From Propioniciclava sp. (lineage in GTDB: Bacteria; Actinomycetota; Actinomycetes; Propionibacteriales; Propionibacteriaceae): a stretch of DNA of 24,000 nt. The notes below the pieces were generated by a model. That model saw only the letters and a program-made list of their open reading frames with translations, was not told where the DNA came from and ran no database searches. Both the position numbers and the translations under genes were made by a program. Positions 11,883 through 18,605 of the stretch are shown in pieces; position 1 is the first letter of the stretch; each line of letters starts with the position of its first letter. The DNA is taken from positions 6,744-30,743 of the forward strand of contig JBKEBU010000152.1 in assembly GCA_047973325.1 (NCBI GenBank), written 5' to 3'.

Positions 11883-12407
11883 ATGGACCCACAAACGGTA
11901 CTTCGGGCGGTCAAGACACCGGCCACGCTCATTGTCTTACTGCTGTTCGTGTACTGGGTGGCACAGTGGTCCTTCAAAGCGGCCACAGATCCCATGCCGT
12001 CCGCACCACCAGATCCCTGTGTGGTCAAGGAAATCGGAGATCAGCTCACGCCCCAGCATGTTTACGTCCGGGTTTTCAACGGGACCGAGGTCAGTGGATT
12101 GGCCAAGCGGTTAGCGGCCACCCTCCGCGCCGATGGATTCAACGTTTACAAGACCACTAATACAGATGAGCCGAATAGTGAGACCTCCGTTGTCGTGGGC
12201 TACGCCGAGGACAGCCCCGAAGTCATTCTGGTACGCCAGGCTTTCTCCGACATTGCTTTCCGCGCCGACAACCGCCCCGACCGGACTGTGGACGTGATCA
12301 TCGGCACTGAAGGGCCCAATCCGATCAACCAGCCGGATTTCAATGCTCCCTTGGCCGATGGCACAGCCTGCGTCCCGCAACTCACGCTGGTCGATAGCGA
12401 AGAGTAG
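11883..12407 (+). CDS. LytR_C (LytR cell-envelope-related C-terminal) domain membrane protein
   Basis: N-terminal TM segment (TPATLIVLLLFVYWVAQW), then VRVFNGTEVSGLAKRLAATLRADGFNVYKTTN...VVVGY...VDVIIG, which is typical of LytR_C. Start moved to the ATG at 11883 (AGGAGAG at 11871..11877); the track gives GTG at 11877. No LCP catalytic domain is present. Confidence 0.75.
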   Translation: MDPQTVLRAVKTPATLIVLLLFVYWVAQWSFKAATDPMPSAPPDPCVVKEIGDQLTPQHVYVRVFNGTEVSGLAKRLAATLRADGFNVYKTTNTDEPNSETSVVVGYAEDSPEVILVRQAFSDIAFRADNRPDRTVDVIIGTEGPNPINQPDFNAPLADGTACVPQLTLVDSEE

Positions 12408-12477
12408 TCAACGACTAAGGGCGAAGCCACCGACGCTCCAGCGGAGGTGAAACGCCACTTGGACCAGACGCTACGGC

Positions 12478-12507
12478 TTGCAGGAGGTTCGCCCTGTGTT
12501 TTACAGT
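12478..12507 (+). promoter_or_regulatory. Candidate sigma70-type promoter for the first CWB2 gene
   Basis: TTGCAG (12478..12483), an 18-nt spacer, then TACAGT (12502..12507). This would give a leader of about 100 nt before the ATG at 12613. Confidence 0.3.
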
Positions 12508-12612
12508 GGTCCCACGTACCAATGATCGAACTCGTGCTGCCTCCTTGCGAAGCGCCCGAGGGTGGTCGGGGGTGCTGAGATTCTCACCCGAATAAGTAGG
12601 AGGTTTGCTCGT

Positions 12613-13887
12613 ATGGGCAAGAATTTGCTTCGTGGGGCCGTGGCCGTTGCTGCGGCCGCCGCGCTTGCGGTGCCGGTGGCCGGTGTGGCCAATGCGGCGC
12701 TGATTGACCCGGATCCGAACTGGAACATTCAGCCCGTGGCTGGTCCGGGTGTCTACCGGATCGCTGATAAGGACCGGATTGCTACCGCCATTGAGGCCTC
12801 GCAGACCCGTGACGACTGGGGCTTCAAGAGCACCCGCCTCGTCTGGAAGTGCGATGACACCACCCGCCCGCTGCACAACAACCCGGCCCAGGGCTCCTGG
12901 GTGGCCGGCAATACCGTTCAGGTACCCACCGCGTCTGTTGGCGGACTGAGCACCTGCACCGCCACTGTGGTGAACAACTGGAGCGTGCGGCATATCCTCG
13001 TCGCTCGCGCTGACGACTACTCCGATGCGCTCGCGGCGACCACGCTGGCCGACGTGACCAACGCACCGGTCCTGCTCAACCCGACCGCTGAGCTCGACCC
13101 GCGCAACCGGGCCGAGATTGCCCGCCTCGCCGCTGGCCAGAACTGGACGTCGGTGAGCCTCCTCGGTGGCACCAACGCTCTGTCGCACACTGTCGAGAAC
13201 GCCATCAACGCGATTCCCGGCGTGAACGTGACCTTCCGTCACCAGGGCATCGACCGCTACGAGACCGCCGTTGAGATCTCGAAGATCTCCATCCTGTTCT
13301 TCGGGGGCATCCTGGCCAACGACGAGGTCAACGTGTACCTCACCACCGGTGTTGACTTCGCCGATGCGCTGGCCGCCGGAACCTCCGCTGCCCAGAACGA
13401 CGGCGTCGTGCTGCTCACCAAGGGCGACGAGCTTGACCGTCGTGGCTTCACCGAGAACTTCCTGATCGATCTCCAGGATCTGGTTATCGATGAGGCTCCC
13501 TTCGTGAGCTTCAACACCTCGGAGATTTTCGCGGTGGGTGGCCCGGCGGTGCGTGCCGCTCGTACCTATGACATCCGCGTGGCTGATGAGTACCTCGGCG
13601 CTGACCGCTACGAGACCGCCGTTCTGGCCGCTCGTGGCACCTTCGGCAACCCGAAGCACTTCGCGGTGACGTCGGGTCTCAACTACCCGGATGCGGTTGT
13701 GGCCTCGTCCTACATCGCCAACGCTGACGGCCCGCTGCTGCTCAGCAAGCCCAACACCCTCACCCCGGTGACCGCTGGTTACCTGGCTGACAAGGTGGAG
13801 AACGGCGACTCGGTGATCACGTTCGGTGGCACCGACACCCTCACCAACGCGGTCACCAACCAGATCGCGGAGCTGTTCAACTACTGA
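12613..13887 (+). CDS. Secreted cell-wall-binding protein consisting of three CWB2 (PF04122-type) repeats
   Basis: Start set at MGKNLLRGAVAVAAAAALAVPVAGVANA (signal peptide), with a perfect AGGAGG (12598..12603) 9 nt upstream; the track gives GTG at 12562. Three repeat units carry the CWB2 signature: DRIATAIEAS...ADDYSDALAATTLADVTNAPVLL, then IDRYETAVEISK...GVDFADALAAGTSAAQNDGVVLLT, then ADRYETAVLAA...GLNYPDAVVASSYIANADGPLLLS. Each ends in a (L/F)GG(T/P) segment. Confidence 0.85.
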   Translation: MGKNLLRGAVAVAAAAALAVPVAGVANAALIDPDPNWNIQPVAGPGVYRIADKDRIATAIEASQTRDDWGFKSTRLVWKCDDTTRPLHNNPAQGSWVAGNTVQVPTASVGGLSTCTATVVNNWSVRHILVARADDYSDALAATTLADVTNAPVLLNPTAELDPRNRAEIARLAAGQNWTSVSLLGGTNALSHTVENAINAIPGVNVTFRHQGIDRYETAVEISKISILFFGGILANDEVNVYLTTGVDFADALAAGTSAAQNDGVVLLTKGDELDRRGFTENFLIDLQDLVIDEAPFVSFNTSEIFAVGGPAVRAARTYDIRVADEYLGADRYETAVLAARGTFGNPKHFAVTSGLNYPDAVVASSYIANADGPLLLSKPNTLTPVTAGYLADKVENGDSVITFGGTDTLTNAVTNQIAELFNY

Positions 13888-13966
13888 TCAATCCGGCACC
13901 GGCTACCGGTGACTGATTGACCAACCTGAGGTGCCCTCGCCATCCTGGCGGGGGCACTTCTGTGTT
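13888..13966 (+). terminator. Tandem hairpins; the second is a strong intrinsic terminator
   Basis: Hairpin 1: TCAATC-cgg-CACCGG-cta-CCGGTG-act-GATTGA (13888..13920). Hairpin 2: GTGCCCTCGCC (13931..13941), loop atcct, GGCGGGGGCAC (13947..13957). That is 11 bp (10 Watson-Crick plus 1 G-U), followed by TTCTGTGTT (13958..13966). Confidence 0.75.
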
Positions 13967-14085
13967 CCCGGCCACGATCCTCGGGCGCATCCCCCACTAT
14001 GCTCACCGGAGGGGCTCAGCGAAGGGCGCCCCCTGGCAACCCCCGGAGCTGCACGCGAGGTGGTGGGGGAGGAGGGACCCGTTCG

Positions 14086-16062
14086 GTGGAGTGGCTGATA
14101 GCGGTGCCGCCAGCGACCCTGCTGGCTGCAGCCGTGCTCCTACCCGGTTGGGTGGTGCTCTGGCTCCTGGGTTGGCGCGGTGTCCGCGCCGTGACCCTGG
14201 CACCGGCAGTCTCGCTGGGGATCACCGGCCTGGCCGCCCTGACAAGCACCGTGCTCGGCTGGTCCTGGGGGTGGTTGTCCTTGGTGGGAACCGCCGCGCT
14301 GAGCGCCATCGCAGCCAAGAGCATCTCCTGGGTTGCTCGTCGGGAATCACCCGACACCAGCGCCACCGACAGCTGGCGGGGCCCACTGGCCGCCACATCC
14401 GTGGTCACGATCATCGGTGGCATCGTGCTGTGGGTGCGGCATCTCACCAACGTGCTGCCGAACCCGGACAGCTACTCGCAGTCCTACGACAATGTCTTCC
14501 ACCTGAACACTATCCAGTTCATTGCCGACACCCGGAATCCGGGCCCGTTCCTGCCCGTCAATCTGGATTCCCACGCAACGACGAGCTTCTTCTATCCCAC
14601 TGAATGGCACGATCTGGTCGCACTCGCGCTGCCCCTGGCGGGGAACAATAGCGCCCTGGCCAGCACCAGCATGCTGTTGGTCACCTGTGCGATCATGTGG
14701 CCGCTCTCCATCCTGGAGCTCTGTCTCACGCTCGGAGTGCGGCAGCCAGCCGCGGTGTTGTCGGTCGGGGTGCTCGCAGCCAGCTTTCCGGCGTTCCCGT
14801 TCCTTCTGCTCGAGCATGGGGTGCTTTACCCCAACCTGCTCTCCTACGCCACGGTGCCGGCCTCCCTGGCCCTGGTGATTGCCCTATTCCGGACCGGGCC
14901 GATAGCCCTGGCGATCGGGGTGCGCCTCGGGTTCCCGCTGCTACTCACTCTGATAGGTCTAGCGCTCGCCCACCCCAACGGCATCTTCGTCACCGCCGCC
15001 CTGGCACTTCCGGTGCTCGCCGCCGGGGTCGTCACGACCTTCGGTCGCCTTCGATCAGCCGAGGTGTCCCGACGCCAAGCCAGTGCCTGGCTGTCCTTAC
15101 TGGCCGTGGGCCTGCTGCTGTTCGTTACTGCCTGGATGGTTTTGCGACCCACCAAGCGTCAAGTCCCCCCCTTGGATATCGGTAGTGCCCTCGAGGCGGC
15201 GGCACTGGCGGCCACCAATGTGGGACCCGGCAACTCTCCCCCGGGACCGCCGGCAGTGGTACCGGCGTTGCTGACGGCTGCCGGGATAGTGCTGCTCCTT
15301 CTCCGCCCGGGGTGGCGATGGTACGTCGGCTCAGTCGGCGTCGGAGTGCTGCTCTGGGTGGCTGCGGCCGGTCTTCCGGAATCATTGGCCCGCGAAGCGC
15401 TCGTCGGCATCTGGTACTCCGACCTCAAGCGCCTGGGATCTGTGGTGGCCATCGTGTCGATTCCAGCCGCCGCCGTCGCGGTGGAGGTGCTGGCTGGCGG
15501 CATTCGGAGAATCCGATGGAAGTCTCCCTGGGCGGGGTTACTGGTGGCAGTTCTCCTCCCGGCCACCTTGCTGGCCGGCACCCAGGGGAACACCGCGCTG
15601 AATTTCGCTGTCAATCGTGCCCGGCAGACGTATACCTTCGCCACCGAACCATGCTCAGCGGGCTACCTCTTCTGCCTCAACACTACCGATGAGTACGCGC
15701 TGCTCACCGAACTGGCAGACCTCACCCCGCCCGACGCTGTCATTCTTGCTGAACCCCGGACCGGGGCCAGCCTCGCCTACGCCTTCGCCCACCGCCGAGT
15801 GTTGCGCCCCTATGTGGGCACCGAGCCCTCGGCTGCCGAGCGGGTCCTCCTGGAGACCCTTGATGAACCCGGCCCTAGCCAGGAGCTCTGTGCGGCGCTG
15901 GCAGCCACCGGGGTGACCCACGTGTTGGACTTCGGCTCGCAAGCCCTCGACAGCAGCAATCTGACATATCCCGGGCTGGATGCACTCCCGACGGCCGAGT
16001 CCGTGACCGTGGTGGCAGTCCGCGGCGAGAAGCGACTCTATTCAATAACCGCCTGCAGGTGA
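14086..16062 (+). CDS. Large polytopic membrane protein, GT-C-like (possibly DUF6541 family), with a C-terminal extracytoplasmic domain
   Basis: At least 13 hydrophobic segments followed by a soluble tail of about 150 aa. A loop motif SYDNVFHLNTIQFIADTRNP...FYPTEWHDL follows TM4. Start placed at GTG 14086 (VEWLIAVPP), with GGAGGAGGG ending 9 nt upstream; the track ATG at 13999 adds an Arg/Gly-rich 29 aa. The family assignment is from memory only. Confidence 0.5.
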   Translation: MEWLIAVPPATLLAAAVLLPGWVVLWLLGWRGVRAVTLAPAVSLGITGLAALTSTVLGWSWGWLSLVGTAALSAIAAKSISWVARRESPDTSATDSWRGPLAATSVVTIIGGIVLWVRHLTNVLPNPDSYSQSYDNVFHLNTIQFIADTRNPGPFLPVNLDSHATTSFFYPTEWHDLVALALPLAGNNSALASTSMLLVTCAIMWPLSILELCLTLGVRQPAAVLSVGVLAASFPAFPFLLLEHGVLYPNLLSYATVPASLALVIALFRTGPIALAIGVRLGFPLLLTLIGLALAHPNGIFVTAALALPVLAAGVVTTFGRLRSAEVSRRQASAWLSLLAVGLLLFVTAWMVLRPTKRQVPPLDIGSALEAAALAATNVGPGNSPPGPPAVVPALLTAAGIVLLLLRPGWRWYVGSVGVGVLLWVAAAGLPESLAREALVGIWYSDLKRLGSVVAIVSIPAAAVAVEVLAGGIRRIRWKSPWAGLLVAVLLPATLLAGTQGNTALNFAVNRARQTYTFATEPCSAGYLFCLNTTDEYALLTELADLTPPDAVILAEPRTGASLAYAFAHRRVLRPYVGTEPSAAERVLLETLDEPGPSQELCAALAATGVTHVLDFGSQALDSSNLTYPGLDALPTAESVTVVAVRGEKRLYSITACR

Positions 16063-16086
16063 CCCCGCCAGGTACCACACTCGGAT

Positions 16087-16431
16087 CTACCGGCCATGGC
16101 CATAGCGGCGCTCTGCATCCAAGAGAGCCACCCGGCGGGCGAGCTGATGCAGAGTGCGCCGGTTGGATTGAGCGCGGGTGTACTGGGTGAGGGCATAGAC
16201 GACAAAGGCGGCGGTCACGGCATAGAGCAGCAGATCGGCTCCACGGCCAATCCCCAGCCAGCCCGCGACCTGGGTCGTCACCGCCGGCCAGAGCACGCTG
16301 ATGACCGCCACCAAGGCCAGCACGAGAATGCCTATCTTCTTGAGTGCGCTGATCACGGTTCCGCGCTGCCGCGCCACAAACCAGATCACCCAGGCGATCA
16401 CCAGGATAACCAGCAGCTGAATCCACATCAT
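16087..16431 (-). CDS. DUF2304-family small membrane protein (GT2-associated)
   Basis: 114 aa. Three hydrophobic helices plus a basic C-terminal helix (NRRTLHQLARRVALLDAERRY). ATGA overlap with the upstream GT2 gene (16428..16431). This is the pairing I know for DUF2304. Confidence 0.7.
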   Translation of the reverse strand: MMWIQLLVILVIAWVIWFVARQRGTVISALKKIGILVLALVAVISVLWPAVTTQVAGWLGIGRGADLLLYAVTAAFVVYALTQYTRAQSNRRTLHQLARRVALLDAERRYGHGR

Positions 16432-17147
16432 CGGCTGAATCTCCGCAACACTACATCGAAAGCAATGTTGACAGCATTGATGGTCTGCTGCCCCTTCGTC
16501 CGACTGTAGGCGGTGTACTGAACCTGGACCGGGACCTCGATATAGCTATATCGCTGACGGCGGATGATCTCCAGGAACTCCGAGGCGTGGCCCATATCCG
16601 GAATGGTGAGGTGGATCGCGTCGGCGACCGCCTTGGTGAAAACCCGTAGCCCGTTGTGCGTATCGGTCAACTTCACTCCCGAGGTGATATTGCTGAAAAT
16701 TACCGCGGCCCTCAGCAGGAGCCGTTTTGATAGGGGCACAGCCAACGGCCGACCATCCAGAAATCGCGACCCCAACGCGAAGTCCGTGCCAGCGCTCTCG
16801 ATAGCATCCACCAACGCTTCCAGGTCTGCCACCCGATGCTGACCATCAGCATCAAAGGTAGCCACGTAGCGGATTCCAGGCAGCGAGCGCGCGAACTCGA
16901 TCCCGGTTTGGAGCGCCGCCCCTTGCCCCATGTTGATCGGATGCTCAATGTGAAAGGCGCTGGTGACGGCCAGTTCGGCAGCGGAGTCATCGGTGCTGCA
17001 ATCGTTCACGCAAATTATGGTGGCGAAGCGCTCGGCCACATCGTGAACCACGTGCCGCACTACCCTGGCCTCGTTGAAGACCGGAATCACTACGGCCACA
17101 TCGCTGCGCGGAGACGCGACGGGCGCCAGGTCTGTAGTTTCCGACAC
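16428..17147 (-). CDS. Family 2 glycosyltransferase, polyprenyl-phosphate sugar synthase type (GtrB/DPM1-like), with no TM segments
   Basis: 239 aa. VAVVIPVFNEARVV, CVNDCSTDDS, DADGQH (DXD region) and GSRF. It ends without the C-terminal TM helices found in GtrB. Confidence 0.85.
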   Translation of the reverse strand: MSETTDLAPVASPRSDVAVVIPVFNEARVVRHVVHDVAERFATIICVNDCSTDDSAAELAVTSAFHIEHPINMGQGAALQTGIEFARSLPGIRYVATFDADGQHRVADLEALVDAIESAGTDFALGSRFLDGRPLAVPLSKRLLLRAAVIFSNITSGVKLTDTHNGLRVFTKAVADAIHLTIPDMGHASEFLEIIRRQRYSYIEVPVQVQYTAYSRTKGQQTINAVNIAFDVVLRRFSR

Positions 17148-17299
17148 ATGGTCAGGCTATCTCGTCCGGTGCTCGACGGGATCCAGGCCATCCAGCGCTG
17201 CGCACTGTGGAATGGGCTCGGGGGCTCCCCGCTGACACATTGGTCAAATCTCTACCATCGGAACCCTGGACTGCTAGGGTGAAGGCGGAGAGCCACCCG

Positions 17300-17313
17300 C
17301 GCAACCTGTTGCG
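17300..17313. promoter_or_regulatory. 14-bp perfect palindrome upstream of the second CWB2 gene
   Basis: CGCAAC-CT-GTTGCG at 17300..17313, about 40 nt before the ATG at 17355, in the divergent GT2/CWB2 intergenic region. The 2-nt centre is too short for an RNA loop, which favours a protein-binding site. Confidence 0.25.
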
Positions 17314-17354
17314 GCGTTTCCCCCATTGGATTGTTCGAGAAAGCCGAGGATGCA

Positions 17355-18605
17355 ATGCAGTTCCGTAGCAAAGTCGCTGTGATAGCGACCTCCCTTCTAT
17401 CAACGGCAGTCGCCGCAGCTGGGCTCGCCGCGTCACCGGCAGCCGCTGCAGACGTCGTCACCCAACGCATCGGCGGCGTCGATAGGTACGACACCAGCGT
17501 GCGTCTGACCCAGGACGCCTTCCCGCGGGGGGCCAAAACCGTCTTCATCGCCAGCGGCGAGGAATTCGCCGACGCCATCAGCGCCGGCACCGCCGCCGCA
17601 CAGATCGGCAGCCCGGTCCTGCTCACCCGCTCCGGCGCGCTCCCTAGCGGGGTGCGCGCAGAGATCAAACGCCTCAATCCAGATTCCATTGTCATCGTGG
17701 GCGGCACCGCCCGAATCTCAGCTGCGGTCGAGACAGCGCTCCAAGATCAGGCCTCATCGGTGAGCCGGATAGCAGGGGCGGATCGCTACCTCACTGCCGC
17801 AGCAGTGTCAAAGAAGTACTTCAAGAAAACTCCCACATCGCACACCTTTGTTGCGTCCGGCGAGAACTTCGCCGACGCGCTGAGCGCCTCCTCTGCCTCC
17901 AAGCGGCTCGGGGCCCCCGTCCTGCTCACCAAGCCGACCTCCCTCCCTGCTGCGACTGCAGCCGAGTTGGAACGGCTGGATGCCGAACGTCTGTTCGTGG
18001 TGGGCAGCACGCAGGCCATCAACGGCGCCACCTACAAGGCTATCCAGGAGTACATCTCCTTCCGGACCTATCGGCTGAATGGCGCCAACCGCTACGAGAC
18101 CTCAGCAGCGGTATCCCAGGCGTCCTTCAACTCCGCCGACACCGTATACCTAGCCACTGGCGCCAACTTCGCCGACGCCCTGTCTGCGGTCCCCGCAGCC
18201 GGCGGCCGAGGCCCGGTTCTGCTGGTGGGCAAGTCGAACCTAACCACGCAGGTGTGTCAGGAGGTCTACCGACTCAAGCCCAAGCGCATAGTCACGATCG
18301 GTGGCACCGCCGCCATCGAAGATACGGTGGCCGACTTCATCGCCACCAAGTGCGTCAATGGCGAAGCGGAGCCCGCACCGACAACGGCCCCGACCACCAC
18401 GCCGAAGCCGACCCCCACCAGCCCCAGCGTTCCGGTTGCAAGTGGAGATACCCCGCCGGACACCGAGATCACCTGCTCGATGTTCCCCACCCAGCCGCAG
18501 GCTCAGCAGTACTACGACTACTGGGTGCGGAAGGGCTTCGGCGATCATTTCAGGCTCGATCCAGATGGGGATGGAACCGCGTGTGAGGATCGTCCCCGGG
18601 CATAG
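17355..18605 (+). CDS. Secreted CWB2x3 cell-wall-binding protein with Pro/Thr linker and C-terminal Excalibur Ca-binding domain
   Basis: Signal peptide MQFRSKVAVIATSLLSTAVAAAGLAASPAAAAD; the ATG at 17355 follows GAGGA, while the track gives TTG at 17331. Three canonical CWB2 units: RIGGVDRYDTSV...GEEFADAISAGTAAAQIGSPVLLT, then RIAGADRYLTAA...GENFADALSASSASKRLGAPVLLT, then LNGANRYETSAA...GANFADALSAVPAAGGRGPVLLV. Linker: EPAPTTAPTTTPKPTPTSPSVP. The tail C..F......QQYYDYW......LDPDGDGTACE matches the Excalibur DxDxDGxxCE signature. Confidence 0.88.
   Translation: MQFRSKVAVIATSLLSTAVAAAGLAASPAAAADVVTQRIGGVDRYDTSVRLTQDAFPRGAKTVFIASGEEFADAISAGTAAAQIGSPVLLTRSGALPSGVRAEIKRLNPDSIVIVGGTARISAAVETALQDQASSVSRIAGADRYLTAAAVSKKYFKKTPTSHTFVASGENFADALSASSASKRLGAPVLLTKPTSLPAATAAELERLDAERLFVVGSTQAINGATYKAIQEYISFRTYRLNGANRYETSAAVSQASFNSADTVYLATGANFADALSAVPAAGGRGPVLLVGKSNLTTQVCQEVYRLKPKRIVTIGGTAAIEDTVADFIATKCVNGEAEPAPTTAPTTTPKPTPTSPSVPVASGDTPPDTEITCSMFPTQPQAQQYYDYWVRKGFGDHFRLDPDGDGTACEDRPRA

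Noticed and set aside
11883-12407. Considered the LytR_C protein as the LCP ligase that would attach the glycopolymer to peptidoglycan.
   Set aside because: Only the C-terminal LytR_C domain is present, after a TM helix. The LCP (LytR-CpsA-Psr) catalytic domain is absent, so no ligase role can be claimed from this sequence.
13252-13623. An exact 21-nt DNA repeat, gaccgctacgagaccgccgtt, at 13252..13272 and 13603..13623.
   Set aside because: Both copies encode the DRYETAV core of consecutive CWB2 repeats in the same gene. This is protein-level domain repetition, not a mobile or regulatory repeat.
12415-13659. 414-aa ORF on the minus strand, antisense to the first CWB2 gene. Similar long antisense or off-frame ORFs occur at 2953..4179(+), 9964..11190(+), 7902..8972(+), 1477..2403(+), 4155..5090(+), 20171..20890(-), 19036..19710(-), 22513..22947(-) and 14016..14450(-).
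   Set aside because: These are shadow ORFs, expected in high-GC DNA. Their translations are Arg/Gly/Pro/His-rich and low in complexity, with no recognisable motifs. Each fully overlaps a gene on the other strand or frame that has strong family signatures.
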